DNA of 64,000 bases from Williopsis jadinii (Eukaryota): contig AP024665.1 of assembly GCA_024346625.1 (NCBI GenBank), positions 186,001-250,000 on the forward strand, in the 5' to 3' direction. Positions 1 through 11,101 of the stretch are shown here, piece by piece. A model generated the notes under the pieces. The model was not told the origin of the DNA and made no database searches. It saw only the letters and a program-made list of their open reading frames with translations. The position numbers and the translations under genes are program-made. The first letter of the stretch is position 1. Each line of letters begins with the position of its first letter.

Positions 1-1401
1 TATACCGTTTCTTTCAACGGGCCGGATGATCCATTGCACCCACACAACTGGAATATGAAGAGAAAGGTTTGGATATGTGCAATTATTGGTGCCATGACCG
101 CCGCGGTGGCCATGGGCTCCTCTATGTACTCACCAGGTATCTTGGAGGTTTCTGAGGAATTCCACATTGGTCACGTCACAGCTACTTTGGGTATATCGTT
201 ATACGTCTTGGGGTTTGCAACTGGTCCGGTTGTTTGGGCTCCATTATCAGAATTGTACGGTAGAAGACCAGTTTTGTTGATCTCTGGACTGGGATTCGTC
301 TGTTTCACATTTGCAGTTGCAACTGCTAAAGATATCCAGACTGTGATGCTTTGTAGAGCGTTTGCAGGTATTATAGGTGCTGCGCCATTGGTGGTTGTAC
401 CCGCTGCCTTTGCAGACCTTTTCGGAAACAGAACTCGTGGTAAGGCCATTGCAATCTTCTCCATGATGGTGTTTTGTATGCCATTGCTTGCACCTGTCAT
501 CGGTGCCTTTGTCGTTTCATCTTACTTGGGATGGAGATGGACCCAATATCTTATTGGAATCTTTGGCTCATTCTCACTTGCACTAGTTGCAGTCTTCTTT
601 GAAGAAACTCACCATCCAATCATTCTAGTCAACAAGGCTAAGGAGATTAAAAAACGTACTGGTAACTGGTTGATTCATGCACCACATGACGAATTCGAAC
701 TCACAGTCAAGGACATTGTTGAAAAGAACATCACCCGTCCATTGATCATGGTTGCCACGGAACCAATTCTGTTCCTTATCTCATTTTACAACGCTTTCAT
801 TTATGGTATTCTTTATCTCCTACTTTCTGCTTACCCTATCGTCTTTGCCGAGGGTTATCGTATGACAGGTGGTACCAGTGAATTGCCATATTTGGGTCTT
901 GTCGTTGGTATGATGTTTGGTGGTGCTGTTTGTCTGTGGGCTGAAGGTGCCTATTTGAAAGCCATGGACAGTAACGGTGGTAAGATCGTTCCTGAGGCTC
1001 GTCTGATTTCGGTGTTCTATGGTTCGGTTTTGTTTCCAGTGGGTCTTTTCTGGTTTACATGGACAGGTAACTATCCAGATAAAGTCCATTGGATGGCTCC
1101 GACCGCTGCTGGTGTCTTTATCGGATTTGGATTGATTACCATCTTCAACGGTTCTATCAACTACATCATTGATTCATACCTGGTGTTTGCAGCTTCGGCT
1201 CTTGCAGGTAACACCTTCTTCAGATCCGGGTTTGCATGTGCGTTCCCATTGTTTGCGGTGCAGATGTTCCATGCCATGGGTACTAACTGGGCAGGTTTGC
1301 TTCTTTCATGTGTGGGTTTTGCTCTTGTGCCGGTTCCATTCTTGTTCTATAAGTATGGAAAGCGTCTTAGAGCAAAGTCAAAGTACGCCTTTGTTCTATG
1401 A
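1..1401 (+). CDS. TPO1: MFS DHA1 drug:H+/polyamine antiporter, Tpo1/Flu1-like (5' truncated by window edge)
   Basis: Frame is open from base 1 (YTVSFNGPDDPLHPHNW). Motifs WAPLSELYGRRP, LGWRW, FEETHHPIILVNKAK and PEARL; about 12 hydrophobic segments. Confidence 0.85.
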   Translation, partial: YTVSFNGPDDPLHPHNWNMKRKVWICAIIGAMTAAVAMGSSMYSPGILEVSEEFHIGHVTATLGISLYVLGFATGPVVWAPLSELYGRRPVLLISGLGFVCFTFAVATAKDIQTVMLCRAFAGIIGAAPLVVVPAAFADLFGNRTRGKAIAIFSMMVFCMPLLAPVIGAFVVSSYLGWRWTQYLIGIFGSFSLALVAVFFEETHHPIILVNKAKEIKKRTGNWLIHAPHDEFELTVKDIVEKNITRPLIMVATEPILFLISFYNAFIYGILYLLLSAYPIVFAEGYRMTGGTSELPYLGLVVGMMFGGAVCLWAEGAYLKAMDSNGGKIVPEARLISVFYGSVLFPVGLFWFTWTGNYPDKVHWMAPTAAGVFIGFGLITIFNGSINYIIDSYLVFAASALAGNTFFRSGFACAFPLFAVQMFHAMGTNWAGLLLSCVGFALVPVPFLFYKYGKRLRAKSKYAFVL

Positions 1402-1652
1402 AGCTTGATATCAGCCTCTGTACATACTTCACATCATTATCATTTCATATCCACTTTATAATAACGTCATTGCGACTTTCCGTATAGACATTCATTCTTG
1501 CATTTATGTAGTCGTTGTAAGATGCATACTAATGAAAATGAGCAAAGACTGTAAGCGCATAGACCATCGGAAAGCTGGATTTACGTTGAATTGGATACAA
1601 TGCGAAGTATTCCTTCTACATTACACTATGAATCACTGTCAAAGTACGCGGG

Positions 1653-2354
1653 ATGAGTAAAGTAGAGCAATTACTAGAGAAGAACAAGGCCAAGTTCCAA
1701 GAGTCAATCACTCATCCTCTCACGAATGAGTTATGCGATGGAACTCTTCCGGATTACAAGTTGTACACCTTTCTGGTCCAAGATTTGCAATATTTCCACA
1801 TTGCACTGAGAATCATGGGGAAGGCACTCTCGTTGTGTACCAATGGCGATTCGTTGGTGGTCTTGGGCAAGCAAGTTGCACTTCTAGCTGGCAGAGAGAA
1901 TGACTATTTTGACATCACGATGGGCATCTTAAAGGAGACGTCGTTGAAAGAGCTCCAGGAGAATATCCCTCTGTTATTGACAGACTCACCAGTGAGACTG
2001 CTTCAAGTCAAGTCGTATATCCAATTCATGGAAAAGCTGATCGATAACGTCACCTGCTATGCTGAGATCATCACCTATATCTATGTTATGGAAAAGGTGT
2101 ATTTGGGATGGGCTCAGTACAACAGTGAGAAGCTTAAGTCACAGCAGATAAAACTGGCATACAAACACCAAGAATGGATTGACCTTCACAGTGGTGAAGA
2201 GTTCGAAACTTGGGTCGAGTTCCTAGCGAATGAGATTGAGAGGGCATCTACAGAGTGCTCTCCAGAGCAGTGGGCGAGATGCAACGCCATATTCGCTGAA
2301 ACTGTACAGTTGGAAATCAACTTCTTCGAAGGGTGCTATAACTTCAAGGGTTAG
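1653..2354 (+). CDS. PET18: TenA/THI-4 family thiamine-salvage protein, Pet18-like (TenA_E type)
   Basis: HPLTNELCDGTLPDYKLYTFLVQDLQYF, MEKVYLGWA, HQEWIDLH and LEINFF. Confidence 0.8.
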   Translation: MSKVEQLLEKNKAKFQESITHPLTNELCDGTLPDYKLYTFLVQDLQYFHIALRIMGKALSLCTNGDSLVVLGKQVALLAGRENDYFDITMGILKETSLKELQENIPLLLTDSPVRLLQVKSYIQFMEKLIDNVTCYAEIITYIYVMEKVYLGWAQYNSEKLKSQQIKLAYKHQEWIDLHSGEEFETWVEFLANEIERASTECSPEQWARCNAIFAETVQLEINFFEGCYNFKG

Positions 2355-2624
2355 AGAGCAACTTCACAGCCTATAACAAGATATCAACAATGACTAGTTT
2401 CAGGAATAAACAATTATAGAGCTCTAAATAAAAGGCCTCTTCCGCAGAGACGTAGATTACCCTACCCTTGAAAAATGTGGTGTTTGGATGATTATGTTTT
2501 CTTCGGGTTTTCGCCAAAACTGTTAACGTGTCGACTTTTGAAGGATGAAAAAGCTCACAAGCGCACTACCGGCTTTCTGACTTGTGGCCACTTTAACACA
2601 CACCCATATTCAACTTCTATAAAG

Positions 2625-2953
2625 ATGGTTAGTACCTATGTTTTGCTCACTCCAAGCCAAGGGAACGGCCCAGCTAACGTGTTTAACAGTCAGCAGCCCC
2701 AGGTGGACAAAGAACCGACATCAAGCGTCGTAACAATGCTAAGGCCAAGGCTCAAGCGCAATCACAAACCCCAACTTCCACGAGATCTGCTGGGTTTGGG
2801 GGATCCTCCGCTTCTCTTCTCAAGCTGTACACCGACGAGGCACAGGGATTGAGAGTTGACCCATTGATCGTCATGTTCCTTGCAGTTGGTTTCATCTTTT
2901 CCGTCATTGCTCTTCACATTGTCGCCAAACTTACTGGTAAGCTCTTGAACTAA
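2625..2953 (+). CDS. SBH1: Sec61 translocon beta subunit; join(2625..2627,2690..2953), 88 aa
   Basis: ATG, then intron GTTAGT..GCTAAC..CAG. Spliced product is MSAAPGGQRT...SAGFGGSSASLLKLYTDEAQGLRVDPLIVMFLAVGFIFSVIALHIVAKLTGKLLN. Lies next to AIM10, as in S. cerevisiae. Confidence 0.95.
2628..2689 (+). other. Spliceosomal intron (62 nt) directly after the SBH1 start codon
   Basis: GTTAGT donor, CAGCTAAC branch, AACAG acceptor; removal joins the ATG to the Sec61-beta frame. Confidence 0.9.
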
Positions 2954-2974
2954 TCAATGGTATAGCCCCACACA

Positions 2975-3020
2975 CAGAGAGAGAAAAGAAGAGAAAGAGA
3001 GAGAAAGAGAGAGAAAAGGA
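2975..3020. repeat. GA-rich low-complexity tract downstream of SBH1
   Basis: cagagagagaaaagaagagaaagagagagaaagagagagaaaaggag. Confidence 0.6.
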
Positions 3021-3104
3021 GTTGAAGTGGTGGTTGAATAAACAAAAGAGATAATTTTCTATGTATATTAAAATCCGGGATTATTCACACGCGTAGAGTC
3101 ATAT

Positions 3105-4781
3105 TCACAAGTCCTTTAGCAACAGAGAGATAACGTCCTGGATGCGATCCTTTTGGACAAAGTGCTTTTCAACACCATTGTTAACTTCACAGGTCCATCC
3201 CCACTCTTCTGTCTTTTGTTGTAATGCTATTTCGTAGTCGTAAGGTGTTTCATCGTTATCAGGTTTCCATCTCTTACCACGCACTTCCAATTCAACAATT
3301 GGCCAGTTTTTACCGACAACTGCAACGATTGGGATACCGTGCATCTTTGCATTGATGATCTTTGCACCAAAGCCAGTCTTTTCGTTTTGATCTTGCATCA
3401 CTTTCCATGGAGATAACAGTCTCAACGCATCGTCAACGGTTTGAGAATCGACTCTTGGTGCAACAACCAATGCAACCTGGTATGGAGCAATTGTAGAAGG
3501 CCATACAAGTCCTTGTTGATCCCTGTTCATCTGTGCGATGGCACCAACAATTCTTGAGACCCCTATACCGTAACATCCCATCTCTAACAGTTCTGAAGTG
3601 TTCTGAGCAGTTGCATATCTTGCATTCATAGGCTTTGAGTATCTCGTGCCGAGGTAAAAAGTGTGTCCAACTTCAATTGCATTCATTCCAGTCAAAGTAC
3701 CTTCTTCACACTCGCCGCAGATTTCACCCTCACGGGCTTCAACCAGTGGTACATCAGTTATCAGAGTAAAGTTGTTCTTCTGGAAAGTTGAAATTGGGAA
3801 ATCAGGTAAATCCGTGGAATCGTTCAGTCTTGCATCCATTATACGGATGAACTTTTTTAGAATCAGCTCCTCATCTCCTTCACCTTGGAACCTTTCGACC
3901 ACTTCTTCTGGGGATAACAAAAGAGATGACATATCAATGTCTTCAACTTGATCTTTGAGCAAATTTGGGAGGAACACCCGATCATCGGGGTAATAAGCAG
4001 CAACAAGAGTTTCATTATCTTGGGTCAATGCGTATTGTACTTTTGCCACTTTGGCAGGAGGTGAGTCGTCAAGTGGTAATGCTACCGTCTTTTCAACGTT
4101 TGAAACCGTTGAGCAATGCGTGCATTTATATAGCAGATCCTCACCTACTGGATTGACGAAGTGCCACTCTTGACTGAGGTTACCACCTATGTCTCCTGAG
4201 TCGGCCACTGCTCTTTCAAAGGGCACTTTCAGCCTTGAGAAGATCTTGTAATACGCCTCGTTAACTTTGTCGAAGGTTTCGATGGCACCGTTATGGTCCT
4301 TATCGAATGAGTATGCGTCCTTCATGACAAATTCACGGCCTCTCAACAATCCACCGCGCGGACGTTTCTCAAATCTGTACTTACGAGTGATCTGGTAAGT
4401 TAACAGTGGCAATGCCTTGTAGTTGACGTTTGCCAATTTGATTAGGTTTGTAATCTCCTCCTCGTGCGTTGGGGCCAGGCAGAAGTCGTCATTCTCACCG
4501 TCATTTATCTTCATCTTGAACAGTTCGGTGTTCTTCCATCTCCCAGTCTGCTGCCATAGGTCTCTACTACTCAAAGAGCTCAAACTGAACTCTTCACCAC
4601 CAACACGGTCCATCTCATCACGGATGATGGTTTCAACATTCTTCAACACTTTCAAGCCTAAGGGCAACCAATGGATGGTACCTGCGCTTGGCTGATTGAT
4701 GTAACCGAGATTCTGTAAGAGCGTGTTTGTTGATACATTATCAATGGGCAGCTTTGGAGGCTTACAGAACGTTCTAAGCAT
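3105..4781 (-). CDS. AIM10: Mitochondrial prolyl-tRNA synthetase-like protein
   Basis: Class II aaRS motifs CLAPTHEEEIT, KYRFEKRPRGGLLRGREFVMKDAYSF, IEVGHTFYLGTRYS and MGCYGIGVSR. First in-frame ATG is at 4781; the ORF-track start is TTG. Confidence 0.92.
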   Translation of the reverse strand: MLRTFCKPPKLPIDNVSTNTLLQNLGYINQPSAGTIHWLPLGLKVLKNVETIIRDEMDRVGGEEFSLSSLSSRDLWQQTGRWKNTELFKMKINDGENDDFCLAPTHEEEITNLIKLANVNYKALPLLTYQITRKYRFEKRPRGGLLRGREFVMKDAYSFDKDHNGAIETFDKVNEAYYKIFSRLKVPFERAVADSGDIGGNLSQEWHFVNPVGEDLLYKCTHCSTVSNVEKTVALPLDDSPPAKVAKVQYALTQDNETLVAAYYPDDRVFLPNLLKDQVEDIDMSSLLLSPEEVVERFQGEGDEELILKKFIRIMDARLNDSTDLPDFPISTFQKNNFTLITDVPLVEAREGEICGECEEGTLTGMNAIEVGHTFYLGTRYSKPMNARYATAQNTSELLEMGCYGIGVSRIVGAIAQMNRDQQGLVWPSTIAPYQVALVVAPRVDSQTVDDALRLLSPWKVMQDQNEKTGFGAKIINAKMHGIPIVAVVGKNWPIVELEVRGKRWKPDNDETPYDYEIALQQKTEEWGWTCEVNNGVEKHFVQKDRIQDVISLLLKDL

Positions 4782-5578
4782 CTCTGGATACCGCTCTTCT
4801 TCCACAATCCATGATTCCTTTGAAAGCACCAATGAGAAAGCATTTGGTCAAGAGCGGGTTCCACCGTGTCCCTACCGGATACTACATCCAAAACCCGTAC
4901 ACTGCCGGGTGTCTCGTCCAGCCACTTCCAAATGTCCCCGTCATGGTTGGAATCGCCCACCTGTAACAAGTAGCTGATTTTTGCCGACGCGCTCATTGGC
5001 AGTAAGTAGCCGGTAAAGCCACGCAAAACAGACAATTGCGAGGTGGGCGGGTGTACCAAATTGTTTTGTTTTTGTAGTCTTTTTTCTTCTCGCCTCTCAC
5101 AGTCGACGCTTGGGGGAGGACTTTTGGGACAAACAGGAAGAGCTTCTTTTTCCACACTGGACAAAAAACCCACGATTAAAAAAAACCGAAGTTTAAGTGG
5201 AAGCTTGTCTGTTTTCTTCTTTCTTTTTTTCAAGACAAGTGGAAAAAAGTGTCCGCTGAATAGGGAATTTAACCAAGAAGAGGATTACAACAAACCGTTT
5301 TAACGTGTTGATATTGAAACATAGGAAAGACCCCTTCTTATCTGACCCGGTTTTGTCTTTAAGTGTCTTCGAATTCTGAGTAGGAAAAGAAAAAGCACAC
5401 ACCAGAGTATTCCCGATCAAGTCTCTCTTTCTGTCTGTCTGTCCCGTCATACATATTTTTTTGTCCTGGACGTTTAGCTTATACACGGACAACACAACAG
5501 AGTCAATCACAAGGAGTATACCATAACGAACGGATTCTTCATACCACACATCTGACTGACTGATCTACTTGCTACGTA

Positions 5579-7531
5579 ATGGATCTCAGACAGTTCACCA
5601 CGACTCCGAACAACTTTGAACGGGAGAGACGTCCATCAACTTCGTCCATGTCCTCTGCGCAGTCTGGGTACTCCTTTGCAGGTAACCAACCGACCCCAGG
5701 AAGAGGATTTGGCGGACAAAGCCGCTATTTTGGCCAGACCCAGACCCAGGGACAAGGACAAGCACAGGGACAAGTCCATGCTCATCAACAGGCCTGGTAT
5801 CAACAGGGAGGTTCTCTAAACGTTACCCCCTGGATTGAACAACAACAACAGGTTTCTCAATCCTCAACCACGAGCTCTATTGAGAACCAGAACTTTGTCA
5901 ACTCGTACGGATCCAACCTGAATGGCCCTGGTTACATCGGCCAGTACCAACAACCGCAGCTTAGTGGTGGACACTCACAGTCCGTACAGGCGTCGTTCGA
6001 TCCTCAGTCGCAGCGTCCATCGCCAAGTGTTTCAAGCGTTGTTCCACACAGCGTGACTGGATTGAACCAAACCAACAACAAAGCAGACTCGGAATCTGGA
6101 AAGAACGAAATCAATAACGAATCTAATGATAATGATGCAAATGCAAACAACAACACCGATGATGACGATGAACTAATCCCTACGGCAATTGTGATCAAAA
6201 ACATCCCATTTGCCATAAAGAAGGAACAGCTGTTGGAAGTTATGACAAAGTTGAACTTGCCATTGCCTTATGCCTTCAACTACCATTTCGATAATGGGGT
6301 ATTCAGAGGATTGGCTTTTGCAAATTTCACATCCACTGATGAGACGACAACAGTTGTGACTCAGTTGAACGGTCGTGAAATTGGTGGCCGTAAGTTGAGG
6401 GTGGAGTATAAGAAGATGCTTCCACTGGCAGAACGTGAAAGAATTGAAAGGGAGAAGCGTGAGAAACGTGGGCAGTTGGAGGAGCAACACCGCTCCAATT
6501 CAAGTGCCTCTTTGGCTTCGATGATCAGTATCTCATCTGCTCCAGCAGGCCAGCAGAAGGATATCTTGCCTCAACAAGCTTCTCAGCAGGTTGGTGTCGC
6601 ATCCCAAGGACAGCAGCAACAGCAAACCTATCCACAACAACTCACTCAACAGCCTTTGCAAGAGCAGCATACCGGTTCTGAAAGGTACTATGCGCCAATC
6701 CCATTTGTCAACAACTTGCCATTGCCTCCATCCCAAGTGGACTTTAACGACCCTGAAACTTTGGAGTTTTATTCACAGCTGTTGTTCTTTAAAGATGGTG
6801 AAAGACAATACAATGAAATTGCATACCCTGCGACGCTTTCTCCGAACCACAAGAGAATTGTAACCATATTGGTACAGTTCTTGGGATTGGTTGAATCTTA
6901 CGAAAACAACTTCATTTTGATCAAGAGACGTGGAACAATTCATGATCCTTCGCCTCTATTAAGATCCCAATCCCATTCTGCAATTCCTCTTCTATCTCAA
7001 CAACAAGCTGCTGCCGCTGCTGCTGCCCAACAGAACCAAAGATTTAGACAGACGGCGATGCCACAACAAGGAGCAAGTCGTATTCCACCAAACTTCAACC
7101 TTGGAGTATCCCAAACTAATAACGCTTTGTCCACTGCAGCGTTACTGAGAAATAACCCTACTCCAACCAGGGTTATGCCATCACTGTACAACAACCCTGG
7201 ATCTTCTAATGTGTTGTTCTACCAACAACAGCAACAACAACAACAACAACAACAGCAGCAACAGCAGCAGCATCAGTCTCTTGGCCAACATCAGCAGGGT
7301 CAACAGTTCCCACAACAGGGTCCACCCTCAGCCACGCAGTCTCAACCAACAACACCGGGGTTAGAAGGGATGTCTCGTTTCAACTTGCAATCTAACCAAT
7401 GGGAGGATCATTATAACGGAGCAGCTTCCAATGTTGAAAACGAGCTGAACGATGGGCTCAATGCACTCAATTTGAATTTGGACACAGGCTCCAATATCTG
7501 GGGACCAAGATCTATGCAACCGACTGCTTGA
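5579..7531 (+). CDS. PIN4: RRM/R3H RNA-binding protein with Q/N-rich regions, Pin4
   Basis: TAIVIKNIPFAIKKEQLL...LPYAFNYHFDNGVFRGLAFANF...RKLRVEYKKMLP. Lies next to SAS3, as in S. cerevisiae. Confidence 0.92.
   Translation: MDLRQFTTTPNNFERERRPSTSSMSSAQSGYSFAGNQPTPGRGFGGQSRYFGQTQTQGQGQAQGQVHAHQQAWYQQGGSLNVTPWIEQQQQVSQSSTTSSIENQNFVNSYGSNLNGPGYIGQYQQPQLSGGHSQSVQASFDPQSQRPSPSVSSVVPHSVTGLNQTNNKADSESGKNEINNESNDNDANANNNTDDDDELIPTAIVIKNIPFAIKKEQLLEVMTKLNLPLPYAFNYHFDNGVFRGLAFANFTSTDETTTVVTQLNGREIGGRKLRVEYKKMLPLAERERIEREKREKRGQLEEQHRSNSSASLASMISISSAPAGQQKDILPQQASQQVGVASQGQQQQQTYPQQLTQQPLQEQHTGSERYYAPIPFVNNLPLPPSQVDFNDPETLEFYSQLLFFKDGERQYNEIAYPATLSPNHKRIVTILVQFLGLVESYENNFILIKRRGTIHDPSPLLRSQSHSAIPLLSQQQAAAAAAAQQNQRFRQTAMPQQGASRIPPNFNLGVSQTNNALSTAALLRNNPTPTRVMPSLYNNPGSSNVLFYQQQQQQQQQQQQQQQQHQSLGQHQQGQQFPQQGPPSATQSQPTTPGLEGMSRFNLQSNQWEDHYNGAASNVENELNDGLNALNLNLDTGSNIWGPRSMQPTA
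7223..7270 (+). repeat. CAA/CAG trinucleotide repeat encoding Q16 in Pin4
   Basis: caacaacagcaacaacaa... 16 consecutive Gln codons. Confidence 0.9.
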
Positions 7532-8325
7532 GGAAGAGAATAACGCTTATATTCCATGTTTTTTTCTGTTTTGTTTTGTTTTCTCTTGCTCTTATGTTGA
7601 CGCCTTCTCTTCTTTTGACTATTACGATATCAACGTTATTCATGAATGAACACTTCTATGCTTTTCTTTAATCATCACAAGAAATGTCAAGACCAGAAAA
7701 CATGCGGATACACACACACACAATAAAAACGAAAAAAAGAACACATATACACACAACATTTTAACATGACTGATGTCCTTTTATACGTACTGAGAAATGA
7801 ATAACGAAGAGGAAAGAACAAAGATGAAAGAGGCTAAAGATTACTCAACAGATGGCATGGACGCTGTTGTACTTTGGTCGGGAGAATGTACCGGGTGCTT
7901 GAAATGCCGTTGGTTTTGTTGCTCGAAACTTCTGATAAACTTTGCATGCCAGTGTGACTTTACTACAATGAATTTTATATTATATATACGTCTAGCGTTT
8001 AGCCCATTGTTGTAGTAATTCAAGCTGTAACCAAAGACCCTGTCATCGCCTATCCATGGGATGATGATGCCTTGATTCCACTGCTTAGTCAGCGGCTGCA
8101 CCTGCTCTTATTGGTGTCTGGGTGTCGTCTCCATACAATTCCACAAACTGGTGAGCGGGAAAAGTTGATCGGTTTTTTCCCTGTTTGTACCTCTGTGTAA
8201 ACAAAGACCAATTGTAGCGTTTTTGACGGCAGAACTGACCAACAACTGTGCCCCTATTGAAGCTGGCTTCGAGTGACATTGTCTAGCACACTGCTGTGGT
8301 GATAAAGGGTGAACAGAGGTACACC

Positions 8326-10467
8326 ATGACTGCTGCTCCCGACGCTACAAAGGGCACTGGGACGAAGAGATCAACGTCACCGCATGACAGAGTTGTACAG
8401 AGGAAGCTAAGTCTGCTGAGATCTCTGGTGATCCCAGATAACTTGGAATACGATGCGGTTCATCAAAAGGCATTTGAGGATGCGGAATCTGAAAAGTCAA
8501 CGCGCTCACTACGGCATAGGGACGAGTCGCCCGTATACTGTGAGACGAGGCCGCGAGCTACATCATCGAGTGGTACAATATCGAGAAATTCTCACAAGGC
8601 CTGGTTTAGCTCGAACAAGAATTGTCTCGTAACACAACACACTGCTCATAAGTTTGTCATGAAGATTAAATATCAAAGCTCTCAGTTCTACCAGTTCAGG
8701 GAGCCTTCACCACTTCGGGATGATGAAAAGTTGGACATAAAGGACAATGAAAACGACGATTTCAATGTCAACGAAGATGAAGATGACAACGAATTGCACT
8801 CAGATGATGATGAAGTTCTCTATAGAGGGGCACTGTCGAAAGAACAGGCCAAAAATGACAAGACAATGCCATCGAAAAGGGATAGGATACTATTTAAGAA
8901 ACTTTTGAAGAAATCCGAACCAGATAGACTAAGAAACAATACGGTCATGTTGAACCAATCTGTTAGAGATGATCCCTTTGCACAGAGCTCAAAGATCAAA
9001 TTCATTCAATTCAAGGACTATGAGATTCAGACTTGGTACACCGCGCCTTACCCTGAGGAATACAGCAAGAATCAAATGCTCTATATATGTGAGCATTGTC
9101 TCAAGTACATGTCTTCGAAGTACATACTGCATCGTCATAAGTTGAAATGTGATATGTTTCACCCTCCAGGAACAGAGATTTACAGACACGGCAACAACTC
9201 GATTTTCGAGATTGATGGCAGAAAGAATGTCATATATTGTCAAAATTTGTGTCTATTGGCCAAACTGTTTTTGAACTCAAAGACTTTATACTATGACGTT
9301 GAGCCCTTTATGTTCTACGTCTTGACTGAACACGATCCAATAACAAACCATCACCATTTTGTTGGTTATTTCTCGAAGGAGAAGCTGAATTCGACAAACT
9401 ACAACCTCAGTTGTATTATCACGTTGCCTATATACCAAAGAAAAGGCTATGGTAATTTGTTGATTGATTTTTCTTATCTGCTAAGTCGCCGTGAGTTCAA
9501 ACAAGGCACACCTGAAAAGCCATTGAGTGATCTGGGTCTTGTGAGTTATAGGAATTACTGGAAAGTCACTATTGCTTACACCTTGAAGAGGCTTTCAAAG
9601 AACAGGTCCAACTTCAACGTTTCATTGAGTCAGTTGTCTAGTCTTACAGGCTTGACCACTTCTGATGTGGTTGTTGGATTGGAGCAGTGTGATGCACTTT
9701 TATACAATGCAGAGTTGAGCAAATATGCTATAAGCATTGATTTATCCGTATTGGATGAAATTACTCAGACTTGGGAAAATAAAAACTATGTGACTTTGGA
9801 GCCTTCAGCTCTTTTGTGGAAGCCACTCATCTTTGGTCCATCTGGTGGTATTAACCAAGTTGGTCTTGGGCCTTCTAATTTGGAGACGAGTGTCAAATCT
9901 ACAAAGATGGTCAGTGACATTGTTAAGCCTGACCCTATGAGAGATAGTATTGCAATCCTGGCAAATTTCTTGCACGATGATTTGAATGATCCACGCACAG
10001 CAGAAGAACAGATACTTAATGAGATCAACGAGCATAACCTTTCCAATGGTAAGGTAGAGGTGTTACAAGGCTATAGGCATTGCTACCCTGGGAAACGAGA
10101 TGCTTCCAAACGGAACCGAAAGATAAGAAATGGTGCCAAATCCGAAGAAGATGATGGATTTATTGATATCAAGACAGTGCTTCCTGATGATTCGGATTTT
10201 GTCAGCGATCAATCTTCTAAAGACGAGGATTTTGAGGAAAGTGAGGAGGACGAAGAGGAAGAAGACGACAGCGACGTATCAGCGGGGGAGAGAGATGATA
10301 CGATAAGTCTCGGTCTTGGAGAGGAAGAACGGGCCAACGCTATGGATTTGAAGAAGAAGAGCATCAAATTCAGGGCAAGTCATAGAATACAAAAGAAGAA
10401 CCTCGAGCAATTGGCATCTGTAAAGTCAACGAGGAGAAGACTACGGCACTCAAGCCCAACCATATAA
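8326..10467 (+). CDS. SAS3: MYST-family histone acetyltransferase, NuA3 catalytic subunit
   Basis: TWYTAPYPEEY, C2HC finger CEHCLKY, YCQNLCLLAKLFLNSKTLYYDVEPF, YQRKGYG and GTPEKPLSDLG; acidic C-terminal tail. ATG at 8326. Confidence 0.92.
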   Translation: MTAAPDATKGTGTKRSTSPHDRVVQRKLSLLRSLVIPDNLEYDAVHQKAFEDAESEKSTRSLRHRDESPVYCETRPRATSSSGTISRNSHKAWFSSNKNCLVTQHTAHKFVMKIKYQSSQFYQFREPSPLRDDEKLDIKDNENDDFNVNEDEDDNELHSDDDEVLYRGALSKEQAKNDKTMPSKRDRILFKKLLKKSEPDRLRNNTVMLNQSVRDDPFAQSSKIKFIQFKDYEIQTWYTAPYPEEYSKNQMLYICEHCLKYMSSKYILHRHKLKCDMFHPPGTEIYRHGNNSIFEIDGRKNVIYCQNLCLLAKLFLNSKTLYYDVEPFMFYVLTEHDPITNHHHFVGYFSKEKLNSTNYNLSCIITLPIYQRKGYGNLLIDFSYLLSRREFKQGTPEKPLSDLGLVSYRNYWKVTIAYTLKRLSKNRSNFNVSLSQLSSLTGLTTSDVVVGLEQCDALLYNAELSKYAISIDLSVLDEITQTWENKNYVTLEPSALLWKPLIFGPSGGINQVGLGPSNLETSVKSTKMVSDIVKPDPMRDSIAILANFLHDDLNDPRTAEEQILNEINEHNLSNGKVEVLQGYRHCYPGKRDASKRNRKIRNGAKSEEDDGFIDIKTVLPDDSDFVSDQSSKDEDFEESEEDEEEEDDSDVSAGERDDTISLGLGEEERANAMDLKKKSIKFRASHRIQKKNLEQLASVKSTRRRLRHSSPTI

Positions 10468-10592
10468 TCACAACCTATAGGTATCAACTAATGATTAGAC
10501 TTTCTGACTAGATCAAAACGTGTTCGTGATACGTAGAGGCGCAGCTGGAAGTCATTACAGGAGGGGGCTTTCCACGAAGAAACTAAAACCAG

Positions 10593-10780
10593 ACGCGTCC
10601 CTTTGCCTTGGAAACGATCTACCTGGTTGTTTCAGTAGGGGCGCCCCCTAGTATTAAATGTACGCGTCTCATCCTGGAGACTGTGACCGCGTCCTGGTCC
10701 CACACAACTGTAAGGGGGAAGGGAAGAGAGACAACCATTTCCCTGGCCTTAGAAGTTATGCCAACAACAGCCTTACGCGT
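10593..10780. promoter_or_regulatory. Cluster of MCB (ACGCGT) elements
   Basis: ACGCGT at 10593, 10662 and 10775, plus CCGCGT near 10687, upstream of the 11102 ORF. Confidence 0.55.
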
Positions 10781-11101
10781 CAACTGTTTCTTTTTTTGGA
10801 GTGGTCCCAAAGTTCCCGCAAGCCAAATTTGTAATTAATTTACCCTTTTCGGCAACATCGCGATGGATTTGGCTTTTTCACGATTTCTCCTTTGGGCCTC
10901 TTTTGCTCGAAAGGTTCAGCAAGGCAGGCCTCAAAAGATGCAAAATATGTACAAGGTGCATTAATCCCATAAGCTAGAAATTTTCTACACGAAGTACGTG
11001 TGTTGAGGTTTTTTTTTCCTTTGGTGGCTTTATTAACTTCTTCTTCTCCCTTCTCATAATCAGGTGGAACAACTAAGTCAACAAAGAGGTATCATACAAG
11101 G

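Noticed and set aside
2475..2852. 125-aa ORF over the SBH1 locus
   Set aside because: It reads through the intron in the wrong frame; the spliced Sec61-beta model explains the region.
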